64,000 bases of DNA from Syncephalis fuscata S228 (taxonomy: Eukaryota > Fungi > Zoopagomycota). Position 1 is the first letter of the stretch, and every line of letters starts with the position of its first letter. The notes beneath the pieces were generated by a model. The model was given only the letters and a program-made list of their open reading frames with translations. It ran no database searches and was not told the origin of the DNA. The stretch covers positions 620,001-684,000 of the forward strand of contig JAHLTZ010000005.1 of assembly GCA_025786725.1 (NCBI GenBank). The letters are read 5' to 3'. Of this stretch, positions 30,540 through 48,598 are shown in pieces. A program made the translations under genes and the position numbers.

Positions 30540-30817
30540 TTTTAAATAGTAGAAATGATAAGCAGCACAACCATAGCAAATGGCAATAAGACGAATTAGG
30601 TTGGGAATAAACTGACCATTTTTACTAGCTATATCGTTATCGCTAGTTTCGATACTCTGTTGTAACCAATCATTTTTGCAATCTGCTGTGTTACCATTAT
30701 GACGTTGAAATACACTTGCATGGCAGTGCCCACCATGTAAATAGATGTTGTTAGTTTACAAGCTAAGCATTGTGACTAAACTTGCTTCCCTACTTCTTTT
30801 ATATAGTTAGTGTTAGT

Positions 30818-33457
30818 ATGGAAGTATCTGAGCCAATTGAATCGCTAAGCTTCTACGAGGTAAACCAGCGACAGACGAAGCATGAGCCGGTTAACAGCTC
30901 GGCCGATTTTGTTATTCGCTTTCGGTTTAAACCACCGTCGTCCAAAGGGAAGACACCTCGGGCTGAACGTGAAGCTTACGAAGCAAAAGTGCTCGCTGCT
31001 TATCGTAGCTTAGTAGCACGCATTACGGCTGCGTCACTCGAGTATGAAGTGCGTCGTGTCGATAACTCGCGACTACTACTGTTTATTCAATGCCCGTATG
31101 GCTTACTACGCCAACGCTTTGACCGTGCACGGTAAGTGAACACCACCACAATATACAACTAGAATGTTGTAAATACTAAATTTAACTTTATTGTGATGTA
31201 GCGTGCAAGATTGGGTTAGCGGTGTAAGTTTTGCCGCTCCAGGCGAACAAGATACATCGGCGGAAACGACTACATCGAGTGCTGATACGGCCACGGCTAC
31301 CCCTAGTAAACCAGTCAATAGCAAGCGTCAACCACAGACCGATCGTGACTTTCAACAAATATCGACAGCCACCCGTATCCGACTAGCCCATGATTTAATT
31401 ACTGGACCTGTCACTGAAGGTGGTGCTGGTATACGGGCCAATATGGACGAATTTGTCGAAGCGATTTATCCACTGCACGATAAAGCGTACAATATGGTAA
31501 GTAGTTGATATATAGCACACACTAGTATTACTACTACTAATAGACTAATAAATAAGGCGCTTATTAAAGATTGGGCCACTAAATGGTTAATTACACAAGA
31601 TGATTTACTATCAATTAGAAATCATTTTGGTGAAAAGGTAAGCACTTTTGCAACAATACTAATAATATTAATCGTTAATGATATAAGATTGCTTATTATT
31701 TTGAATTTCTACAATTTTATTTCGTCTGGTTGGGTATTCCCTCGTTGGCTGGTGTTTTTGTTTATTTCATCGATGCGGGATTCGCTCCTACTTACGCGCT
31801 GTTTAACGTGGGATGGTCGCTGCTTTTTGTCGAGATGTGGCGGCGTCGTGAACAGGAGTTGGCTACTTGGTGGTCAGTACGTAATTGTTCAAAATTAGAG
31901 CGACGCCGCCATGGCTTCCGTCCCGAGAGAATGGTTCTTGATCCAATAACCGATGAACAAGTGCCCTATTATCCAAGTTGGAAGCGTTGGATACGCCGTC
32001 TTGTAACAGTGCCAATTCTAGGCGCTATTGGTTGCGTATTCTTTATTGTTGTTGGATTTATCTTTGCCTGTGAAGTTGTCGTTTACGAGTATTATCAAGG
32101 ACCATTTAAAGATATTGTGGTAAGTAGCAATAATAATAGCATTATTATTATTATTGTTGTTAAAGGTTATCTATTTACTTATTGCTATACTAACCATCTA
32201 TTTAGTACTATGTACCATTGGTTGCTTACAGTGTGGCTATTTGGTATTTTAGTGATGCCTACACGGGTATTGCTCGATGGCTTAATGATTTTGAAAACTA
32301 TGAAACAGAAGAGCAGCACACACGACACTTTACCTACAAGCTATTTGTTATTAATTTTGCCGTGGGTTATATGTTTATATTCTACACTGCGTGGATACAT
32401 ATTCCATTCAATGAAGAAATTGCCACCCTACTTGCTTACGTAACAGGCTGGCCCATCAAACCCCAGGCAGCCGGCGTAGAGAAGCTACAGGAACGCGTTG
32501 TTTATTATGTATTAACGGCACAAGTCATAAACTTCTTCACTGAAGTGGGTCTACCGTGGTTAATGCGCGGTGCCACGACAGGTGCACAAAAGGTTACCAA
32601 AAAGATGACACGACCGGAAACGGCCATTAAACATCTTGAAGCCGATGTTGATGTACGTAAATTCCTCAAACGATGCTCAAATGAAGATGATTTGCCCGAA
32701 TATGACACCTATGAAGATTATGCTGAAATGATTACTCAGGTAATTAATACTAATTGTATTATTAACAATCTAGGCATTAACTGATTGGTTGATTCTAGTT
32801 TGGTCATGTTGTTCTTTTCTCTTGTGCCTGGCCTCTTTCACCATTACTTTCCTTTATTAATAACTGGGTAGAACTTCGATCGGATGCTTATAAGATTTGC
32901 GTACATACAAGGCAAGTGTTTTATTTAGTATCTTGATTGATGAAATATTAATATATTTGCTTTATTTCGGCGGTATTCATTAGACGTCAAGTGCCAGCAC
33001 GAGTTGAAAGTATTGGTCCATGGATTAACGCCCTCGTAAGTCATGCCTACCATTTATATTTTATTAATGCTAAAAATGAGCAATTATTGTTACTTAGCTA
33101 TTTCTTAGTTGGTTATCTTCAGTGGCAAATGCTTTATTAATTCATCAATTTGGCGGTAATGGTGATCATAGATTCGAGGTAGTTTATCGTTCATTGGCCA
33201 TTACAATTGCCGCTGAACATTTATATCTTATCGCTCTCTGGCTTTTACGTGCCATATTGGCCGACATTCCTAGCTGGTCAACAAAACTTGCTCGTCGACA
33301 AGAACACGACTTAAAGCGTCGCTGGCTTGAAGAAATGAACGTGCATCTACGCCGTACACGTAGTCCAAGTATGATGTCCCACCAAGAACAAGTAGAATTG
33401 AATGAATTTACAGATCTGGGTGTCCAAGAAATCAAGGATATCTTTAAACAAGAATAA
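30818..33457 (+). CDS. Anoctamin / TMEM16 family (Ist2-like) Ca2+-activated channel/scramblase
   Basis: IYPLHD, IRNHFGEKIAYYF, FVEMWRR, WLNDFENYET, EDYAEMITQFG, NNWVELRSDAYK, RVESIGPW, AEH. Confidence 0.93.
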
Positions 33458-33620
33458 AGACTAAAAAGACCCATTGATTAATAAAGATGCACTTGTTAAT
33501 ACACCCGTTAATATTGGCGGCCCTTTTGATAATTGCCGAATAACTTTATTAAAAAAGAAGTAAAAAGTCTTGGCCGCATGAATAAGAATGGACAGTGATT
33601 ATTTAAAGGATATTTGCGAA

Positions 33621-38475
<4,855 letters not shown>

Positions 38476-39604
38476 GGTGGACTTGCTAATACGGCTATTC
38501 TGGCAATATGTTTTTAGTTTAAACAGAATAAAACAGATTGCGGCTCCAATTAATAGGAAATAGCCCAATAGTAGAGAAAGTAGCGTAATATTTGAAAATG
38601 ACAAAAGTAAACAATGCACGCAATGACTGTCGTTGCTGTCACTGCTGTTATAATCTACCAACAACCAATCGTCAATGTTCAATCGATAGATTGAAAAGGA
38701 TCTTGGCAAGTGAGCTGATACAGTGTATATATGCACGTTTAACAGTGCATATACGTATCAATGCTTGAAGCAACAACAGTAGCTGTAATACGATTACTAC
38801 GCAGTATGTAGTTAGCAGTAGCACAATAACCGTGACAATGGCGTAATCGCTACTGCTCTGTTGATTATACACTTGTATGCACGGTTATCAACTAAACAAG
38901 CGGCGAGTTAAGCAGGTTTTTCACCACTCTTGTCTGGATACCAAGTAGCCTTGGTAGATGTCAATAAGCAATCAATGACTAGTAGAGAGAAAAAGAGAGA
39001 ATATAACTAGTATAGTAGTAGTTGACCAGAACGATAAGCACAAACACAATAAGAATTGTATGGGCTAAAGGGAAGCAAGGCGACGACGACAATAACAACA
39101 ACGGCGTCCCAGTAGTAACTATAGTGAGGGAAAGAAATCACTAAAAGAAAGCGGTAAAGTTTGTAAAAGGTGATTGACGTAGAAAATGGCGATGATGATG
39201 ATGATGATAGTGTGTGTGTGTGTGATTCACTTTCTGTGATGCAGTAATAGTTATCTTTTAATTAATTATAGGTACTAATTAATTAATAGTTAGTTAGTTA
39301 GTTAGTTAATAAATCTATTATTAAAAATGTTTTATTATATGTCTACTCTAATAATATCGTTATAATTATTAATAGGATTATAGTTGGGTATTAGAGTTAG
39401 CAGGGGATGATCCCTAGTGGTTAATCATCATAATGATTTATTGTTTCATAGCATATATGCGTGATTCCTTTTTCTATTGATTAGGCATACTCTTGTTTCG
39501 TTATTTAAACCTGGCACCTATTGTATCTGGTATTGATATACTCTACCACATCAACAAACACTAAAGATAAATAACTGTGTGTGTATGCCTGTGCGATCGT
39601 AACG

Positions 39605-41265
39605 ATGGCGGCCGAAGCACGAAAGCTACTTGAGGTTGGTTATTATACTATTTACTAGTCCTTCTATCTACTTGATAACATTAACTTTAATAATAATAAT
39701 ACTATAGGAATTGATGGGCGTTGAAGCCTTGGGCGGTGGACCACAAGAAAATATTCCATTTACTGATAAGCGTGTATGTCGGGCTTATCTATGTGGATTA
39801 TGTCCACACTCGTTATTTACGTAAGTGATGACTATGTGCAGTAGAGATGACAGCATATAGTCAATATCGATTGGCTAATACCTAATAACTGATATGAATA
39901 TACATTGTTATGGCTATTAGTAATACGGTAAGACGGCATATAGCATATAATATGTGGATTAGAACAGTACAGCTTACAATCTATATCAAATATATTAGAA
40001 AATGGATCTAGGTCCATGTTCAAAGCTTCATTCGGATAAACTAAAGGAGGAATATGAAGCAGCTCGAAAAGAGCGCAGTTATGGCATTGAAGAAGAGTTG
40101 AGAATACGCTACAGCAATTTGTACGCGACTGTGATCATCGAATTGATAGTGCACGTCGTCGATTGGAGAAACCTGCTGCTGAAGGAAATGCTGCACCTTT
40201 GGTAAGAACAAATATAACAATTAGCAGTGTTTATTAAATACAAAGTATGTAACTATTAACAGTTAAAGGAAATTGCGGATTACACGACGGAAATTGCTAC
40301 ATTAACTGAACAAGTTGAGAAATTAGGCAAGTAATCGATAATATTTATAGTAATAGGTATATTAACCTATGAATAATAGGTAAGAAGGACAAGTTGATGA
40401 AGCAATGAACTACACGCTAAAGTAGAAGAAATTACGGCTATGAAAGCAGAGAAAGAGGTAAATTAATTAAATAGTGGAATAGAATACTGTTATTTATTTG
40501 TTTAATTTATTTAGGATGAATTACGACAAAAGCATGCCCAACATTCATCGGCACAAGAACAGAATTACGTGTATGTGATGTGTGTGCTGCCTTTTTGTCT
40601 ATTCTCGACTCGGACAGCAGGTAAATAGAAAGATTAATTAATTGATGCGATTATTAATGGAATTGAATTTTAATAGATTGGCTGACATTTTGGTGGCAAG
40701 GTAATTTACACACAATCATTTAGCTTATCAAAATTCATATTAATATGTTATGTATATGTGTATGTGTATGTATATAATAGCTTCATATGGGCTATGTAGC
40801 AGTACGAGAGAGGCTTAAGGAACTTCAAGAACAGCGTTCCTCTGCATCAATGGCCCTTCAGATGTAGGACAATGGCAGTTATCGTGATTATGGTCGCGGC
40901 AGCAGTGGTGGTGGCAGTGCTGGTGGCAGCCAATTAAACGATTACGACCGTCGTCGACGTGATTATCAAGCAGTGGTAGCACTAATAATTATAATGGGAG
41001 TCATGATCGATATGATGATCGTCGTGGTGTGGTGGTAAAGGTCGTTACAGGTAATACACTGCTATCATATTACTAGTATACTATTTGATTGCCTATATTA
41101 TTCTACTTGATAATAACTACGCTTTACTTTTACTGTTGTTATTTGTTACTGTTTAGACGTTCAGGACGTGATCGCTCCCGTTCACCAGACCGTTCACGCT
41201 ATCGAGGCCGTTCATCTCCACCGCCATCAAATTCATCATTATCTCGCCACGAACGACGCTACTAA
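39605..41265 (+). CDS. LUC7: U1 snRNP-associated Luc7 (several apparent 1-bp assembly deletions)
   Basis: RKLLEELMG, VCRAYLCGLCPHSLFTNTKMDLGPCSKLH, Q(K)LRVCDVCAAFLS, RLAD(H)FGGKLHMGY, RS-rich tail. Confidence 0.92.
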
Positions 41266-41692
41266 GACCATTTACCCATGTATGTATTGTGTATGTGTGT
41301 GTATGTGTGTATATGTGTGCAAATGCAGACTGGAAGAAAACAAAGTCAAAATGAATGAGAAAGAGAGAGAAAGAGAGAGAAGGAAAGAAGTAGAAAGAAA
41401 CAGAGCCAAAATGCATATCATCAGTACAGATCAATATCAAATATATCTACTCATCTATTAATATTCATAAATAACAATAGCATGTGAGTAATTGTTTATT
41501 TAGTGAATTTCTTTTTGTTTTTACACGTATTTATATACGCATTATTGATTATAACATCATTAGATGGACGAACATTATAGGAAGTCATGTAATGAGTTAT
41601 TTCTTGGTATTTTCATCGATACATACAAACATATATATATATATATGATAGATATATGATAGATATAGATAGAATAATAGCAAATTTAATAA

Positions 41693-44600
41693 TTAATTGA
41701 ATTTTGTCAATGCGGTTCCTAATAATCAACAATACTTAAATCAATCATATACTCGCTTATTACCATATGTAATACCTGAAAATCCGCGTTCTGGAACAGA
41801 CATAGATGATATCATAGCATCTAATGTATTAAGTAAGCAATCTATGATAACAAAAGTTCAATCAATCAATTACCATGCAACAATGCTTGTTCATCTTTAA
41901 CTATTCTTCTAATGTTAACTGAGTACGAGGAAGTAGTGTTAGATCTGTCATTGTTTTGCATTATCAGTCAATTCTTCATCGCCGCGATATAATCGTTGAC
42001 AAATAGGACTGATATTTAAACGTTGGTGATCTATATATCATTATAAGTATATATATATTATATATTACAAAGTAGTTAATACCAATAGTTTTATATCTAA
42101 TACGGTAAATGTTTTATAAATGTGTAAACGTATTGATCGGTGTCTTGATTTGGCAGTAGGATTGGCAGTATTAGTTACAGTACGCCTTCGTTTGATGTAC
42201 TTTATTTAGTACATCATTTGTATTAGTAGAGGCAATGTTAGTGTCACGTACAACAATAGTAATCATTGTATCTTCATAGCTCATTTGTCTATATACATTT
42301 GAATTAACGATACTATTATAAAACATGCAAACCTACCGTTTTTGAACACAATCATGACAAATACTCAAATTACAAACTGTTTGTCCAGTGTTGATATTAT
42401 CGCTTGGTGTTTATATTCTATCCAGATTTCATTATCTACATTATAACTACATTAAATGGATGAGCTAGCTAGCTAATTAATAGAGATTAACTATCACCTA
42501 CCATGATCGAAACTGTAACCAAAGATCGTTTGGTATTAAAATAAATGCGTCTGTATTATTTACAATAGTTGAACGGTCATCGATATTAAAGGGGAAACAA
42601 TGATGTTGACATAATAAATGTTGATTTTCTATCATTATGGTCTTGTAAACAAACACCTGGTCGAACAAATCGCTTCCATTGATTTATAATTCTAATTTTT
42701 ACATTAGATTATGTTTATACAACAAATAAATAGAAATAGTTCTATTTCATTATTACCGGTAGATATAGCATAATAGCGGCAATCTTCCAATATACTCTCA
42801 TTTTTATCGTACATCTAATGTATTTACCATTTCTATCAATAGCTATAAATAGGCGTTATATCTGTCATTAGATACTTACTCGTTCTAGTAATCGTTGATC
42901 TAAACTGCTTAAATCTAAACCATTCTTGTCCAGCTCATCCTTTTTCTGTTCTTCTTGCTTCTTTTCACATATCGTACAGTTATCATTGATGGCATCTTGT
43001 TGCCATGCCACTGGTAATAATGGGTATATATTTTGTAGAAATACAATAATCTAATTTGCACCATTTAGTAATAATTCACTTATAAATAACTAACTAACTG
43101 GTTTTGAAACTAGTATCTTTGTCTCTTCATTGGTCGTCATCATACCGTGTTCGCAGTAAATATCATTGTAATAATCGTTGCTACTTGTTATATCATTCTT
43201 GTTGTCGATCAGTGTATCTGTCGATAAGTTTTGTTTTTTACCATTTGACTTGTACCAATCTATTTATACAAATTATTATATTTAATTGATTATTTAAAAA
43301 TATTACCATGCCACCATCGTTTTGAATATATCCTTGAGGTTTTTGATCTTTTGACTGTTTCATTAACCCATTAACATAAGCTGTTTGATCTTTGTGCCGC
43401 ATCTCTTCAAGTAGCCGAGTTGCCTCTTCTCGACACATTGCTCACACAACGATGATATAGTCAATGCTGGCTCTGTAATGCCAATGCTTTAACCAACTGG
43501 GCACCGACATTCTAATTGTATTTAAATAATAGTCTATCTTTAAATAGTGGTACCACTTACTTTATGTACTTGTTGGCCATTTGATATAATCCAATCTTAG
43601 TTTGCCATGTGAACATTGTAACTTTTCATATGGTGACTGAATAAATTGAGCTTATCAGAAATAGCCTCTTTATCCGATAATCCTTTTCATTTGGCATTAA
43701 TGGATCCCTAATCCAGGATTTTAATAGCTCTGTAGGTATAAAATAGCCCATATCCTATTTGTAGCCAATAATACATAGTAGATACTATAAGAATAATTAT
43801 AACTATAATTAGTGACTTACATCTGTGCTTGTAATCTGCCACTGATTAAAAATTGCATATCGTTCTTTGAATAATGCTTGAAATGTTGAATCCATTTCAC
43901 TTTCTCTAATTTCAATCAATTAGTTAGTGAGTTAACTTTATAATACACTCACATAGATTCAAATTTGTTGATTTCTTCATCCAATGATTGTTCCGACTGC
44001 TTTAAATCATTAGCAATCCACTCGGGTATTTTACACGTTATTGACTCTGTGCCACGGCGTGTGTAAATTAACATATAAGCATTCTTTGAAGTAAATCTAA
44101 TTTTTTGTAAATCTTTAATTATTATTAACTTTAAATGTGCTTACATCTTTTTTCATCTACAGGATCATTGTTAGAATGGCTAGCTAATCCATTTGTTTTG
44201 CCTTTATTTGTTGTTGTTTTTGTATATTTAATAATATCATGAACTATTGATTTAATAGTTCCACTTGATCATCATTAAATTTGTACCATTGTTGATTTCT
44301 AATGATTATTTTTAATATAAATGTTGCAATTCGATTAACATATTTACTTACTCTGCATCAAGTATATGAGCAATAAAATGTCCATAATTGGCCTGCACAC
44401 CATCATGAAGTAGTACGGCTGTTAGATTGTATAATATATCTTCATCAGAGGAGCTGGTTACAAAGTTTTTCATATTTAATGTGGCTGGAAAACAAATACG
44501 CGTATTTATCTTTTTCTTTTCAAATGTTTTGCTATCATATGCAAATCGCATTAGTTGCAAATGAAGTACCTAACACTTCTACTTTAAGATGTATATTTGT

Positions 44601-46033
44601 TATATGGCAACGTAATTTACCTGAGGTAATGCGTCAATCGACAGTGTTCTTAAAGCATCTTGTTTTCCCTTACAATTCTCGCAAAAATATCTATTTTTAC
44701 ATATTACTACATATTACTATGACTGTTAGTTAATACTTGATATAAGTACTCAACTGGTTATCTTCTGTTAACTTCTCGGATTTTAACAATTCTTGAATAC
44801 ATTCTTCTAATCGACCAATTTTCTGCAATTATATATTGAAGTTGCTATAAGTAACAATATTATAAACCACTTATATTATATTTACTTGTATTGAAAGTTC
44901 AAGCTCAAAGAACGGCTCACGTCGAGTAGATAATCGATTGCATTGCCGACACCGGGTTCCGTAAATGTACTGACCCCAAACTAGCACACTATATTCAGTC
45001 CCTATTAAAAAATTTAATAGTTGTACTAAAACTTACTCGACGATGAATTAGTTCTCGATTCTTTTGATTTGGCAGCCATGCAAAAGCATTTGATATCATG
45101 GTAAGAAATAGTTTGCAAAATCTACAACCAGTTTAAATTAAGAAGTAGAAAACTAATAGCAAGCTATTTATACTAACTCTTGAGCATCTTGCTGTTCGCC
45201 CGTACTCAGTCCTAGCAGATTTACTAAGCGAGATGGGTCATAGTAACGATATGAACCCGATTGCAAACGAGCAAATAATTTTGAAGTTCAATACATGAAT
45301 CATGCTAATTGCTATTAATAAGTATTATTTATTACATGTCATAACACTACCCACCATGGCTGGTCTATCCATTTCATGATTGGTATGGCATAATCATAGA
45401 TACCTTGTCGAAATACATGATCATGATAGAGTACCTGTAAAAGCGCATTCATATAACAAGTAGCGCCTAAATTCTATTTAATGCCATTAGTATTTGTATT
45501 ATATTAATGGGCGTATAAATACCTCAAGACCCGCTGGTAATCCTGGTTCACGTAATCGATTGCATGGATTTGTAATATCACCTTGCTTTGCCTGTTTGAA
45601 TTGTTTAAGTGCACCTAAGTGGTATTTAATCGAAAGTTTAGTAATAATCAACAATTTTATTATATGATATGACATACTTTGTTTTAACCAAGCATCTTGG
45701 CCAATATAATTAAGACACAGTGGGTTGACTCGACAGCGACAGACCTGGCACTTTTGAATGGACCCGTTTTACAGGTTTGTAGTGTTCTAGCATTCCCAAC
45801 TCTACAAATAAAATATATCATGGCTTTATCCGCCCTTTACATCTTACCTGCATCGAATGAATGTTGCAGACTAGTTGCATGTCTATTGGGACAAGCAGAT
45901 ATTATACTGTCTGACAGACCATAAGCTGTTAACACATGCTGTTTTGTAAGTGGTGCAGCAATTGCTTCTGGTGTTACCCATTCCCAGCACGTCGTACAGC
46001 TGATCGTTTACTGCTAGAGCCACGCAAATCCAT
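41693..46033 (-). CDS. USP48: Ubiquitin-specific protease 48-like (UCH, DUSPs, UBL; apparent 1-bp indels)
   Basis: N-terminal WEW..HVLTAY, NPLCL; [16 protein letters not shown]; QQDAQEF; QLMRF; AVLLHDG..YGHF; SKNAYMLIY; C-terminus [13 protein letters not shown]. Confidence 0.87.
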
Positions 46034-46399
46034 AGAGAATAAGAAGCGGAAATGAATGAGGAGATAACAGCCTGTAAACACAAAGTCAACTAGGACACTC
46101 TACAGAACAAAAACCAAGACCAATGTCAATGTTTGTGCGAAATTGTTATTGTTACACTCAATGTAAACGTGTTATTCTTTTTATTTCGTATATGTACAAG
46201 CAGATTTTAAAATAGCGGTATATTGAATATCAAGATTGATACCTTTTAAGTAAAATTTTATTATTAACCCAACAACTAGAAGACATTGCTTATTAATAAT
46301 ACATGGTTGAGTCTAGAGGACTATAGAATAGAATGGATAAATAAAATAAGCAATAATATGTATGATCGAGTGAGTGCAATGAGCTGAGCTCTGGTAAGC

Positions 46400-46590
46400 A
46401 CAGTCAATAATAAGCAAATAGTTTTATTGATAAAATATATTCAGTATATTATAGAATGATATATGGTAGTATTGATGTATGCATACTGGATAATAAAGCT
46501 ATAATGATGAGTATTTTGACGATTGATGTTACTCACCACCCAGCATCATGTTCAATAGATTAAGTGTTATTAAATTTAATAATTTAATTA
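46400..46590 (+). mobile_element. Partial copy D of the MITE-like family (one TIR)
   Basis: atagaatgatat..gcatactggataataaagctataatgatgagtattttgacgattgatgttactcaccacccagcatcatgttcaatagattaagtgttattaaat aligns with 1655-1781. Confidence 0.6.
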
Positions 46591-46685
46591 CAAATCATAT
46601 TAGATTGTTAATAAATTGTTTATACGAAACAAAACTAGATATTATTGTAATGCAAACATAGACACAGAGGCACATCTAGTGTGAA

Positions 46686-47709
46686 TTATACTTGTCCTGG
46701 CATACCAGGAAGACTGATGCGTGGTAGAATATACACATACATAACAGTCCAGTAGAGCACGCCCATAATCAAGCCGCTTATCTTTTCAGAAAGTGGATGA
46801 AAAGCGTATACGCTGCTCATTAATAGCATCCACCACCAAAGAGCAAGTAAGTAGCGAATACCTCGTGTGGCACGCCTTGCCATACGTGGATGAATAGCCG
46901 TGGAGTGAATGGCTGCCGCACGTAGACCTGATAGTTCCGAGTGTAGAAATAGTGAGGCATGGATTAGAAGCATAATATGGCCTGAAATATCGTGTCCACC
47001 ATGCCATCGGCCACCTGCTTGACGACAAGTTACCGAAGTCGTGTACAAATCCATCAAATCAAATGGCTGTGATATCTCGCCATCATTCTCGACAAGTTGA
47101 TTAGCCGTTGCGTCGTTCGATAATACTAATTGACCATTCATATCAACTGGATAGCATTGACCGCCAGACCACCGATAAACACGATCGGACAGCGATGGAC
47201 CCACCATCCACTGGGTAATAAGCCACCAGTAAACAGTCGATAGCAGCCAACGTAATACAGCAGCGCTAAATCGCTGAACATTCTCGGCTTCAATCTTTAC
47301 TTTAATTTGTTTCGCTTGTTCTGGAGTTAGTGCACCATTATCCTCCGACTCTGTAACAACAACGATAGAAGGTTGCTGTTGTTATAGTTCAGCGTTAATA
47401 CCACGTCCATCACTTTCGTATACACTATTGCTGCACCTACCTCTGAACCCGATAGTTGCAGTTGTGGTCTTGGTCGACGCAGAAGCAAAACAAACCAGGC
47501 CCAAACAAAGAATACGGCCGTTGTCCAAAACCAACCAATCTTAACAAACCAAATATTAAAATGTTGCGTTTACTTGAAAAATAACTTTCTCCAGGCAGCG
47601 TGTTAAGCTGTTCTGCAATGCAGCCCAACGTAACGGTAAGCACGTAAACCACCGCGATAGACATGCCTTGGGGATAGTGGCGATCAGCCAACGTAGCAGC
47701 AGACGTCAT
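46686..47709 (-). CDS. FIT family protein (Scs3/FITM2-like acyl-CoA diphosphatase), apparently intronless, with apparent indels
   Basis: YFSSKRNIL, VKIGWFWTT, WWLITQW.VGP.LSDRVY..SGG.C, C...GG.W.GGHDISGH, LMSSVYAFHP..EKISG. Confidence 0.88.
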
Positions 47710-47989
47710 GGTTGTTAGGCTACAACAAGACTCATATGGATATGTATCGACCCTATTATTAAGCAGGGAATGAGAAAGTTCCAACTAATGCAGTGCAACG
47801 TTCCAAACAAGCTATTATATCTTGTCGCAAAAATAGTTCGACGTTAACAATCAATGCAAATACGAATAGTTCGCGAGCGGAGCAGGTGATACCAAACGAA
47901 TAAAAGATACCATTAATATTTATTAACACTGTGCCACTTTACATATAATTGATGATTATTATTTGATTTGATTATTACTAATGAAAATC

Positions 47990-48530
47990 GTAATAACGGA
48001 TTGCAATTTCTGCATAGAATAGGTTCATTCGACTATCCGCGCAACGCAGAATGCATCTACACTGAAACGTTGGTGCTCTCCTCACGTGTGAATATCGACC
48101 ATTCTACGAAATATCACGATTCCTGAAAACAAGATTGAACTAGCGAACCAACATTTCTATTAGAAGACGCTTGACGTTTAGCCACCACCCTCCCCTGATG
48201 ATTTATTAATTATTCGATGATCCCACAATCTTTTAGACACGTTGCCATTCGCATCGAGTACCATTCGATAAGGCAGCCTTCTTTTACGAACTATATACGC
48301 ATGCTTATTGTCATACTCGGTTGAACTCAACAAAACAGTAGTTCGTCGCCTCGTCAGAGGTGATTCCCCCGCTGTAGGTGCGCTGGGGAGACTGGCACGT
48401 GTGAGCGGTACAACGAACTGGCGTGCGTAAGAACAATCTTACGGCGGTCCTATTAGAGCACTTTTGGCTTGGAGAGTTCTTCTCCCTTCCTACGGTCGAG
48501 GTGTGTCAAAGTGACCGCACATCATATCAA
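47990..48530. ncRNA. Candidate structured non-coding RNA (unassigned)
   Basis: GC-rich, no convincing ORF, many local stems (see findings). No known family motif recognised. Confidence 0.3.
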
Positions 48531-48598
48531 GTAAAAATAAACAAACAGTGTAGTAATAGTTTTTAATCCTAGTAGTATACATAGACAATAATAGCGCG

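Noticed and set aside
40090-44300. Dense frameshifts in LUC7 and USP48 (also in the 5-phosphatase, FIT, ML1, ML3, OPT, hydroxylase and transferase) read as pseudogenes or programmed frameshifting/RNA editing
   Set aside because: Those I resolved are single-base losses, mostly in homopolymers (gagtt[t]gag, cagaa[a]tta, gac[c]at, gtcc[c]tcg), in otherwise well-conserved genes including the normally essential LUC7. That is typical of long-read consensus error. Short-read polishing would settle it.
48342-48358. CTGACGA..GAA on the minus strand resembling a hammerhead ribozyme core
   Set aside because: The second core strand is GAAC rather than GAAA, stem II is only 1 bp, and no stem I/III arrangement is evident.
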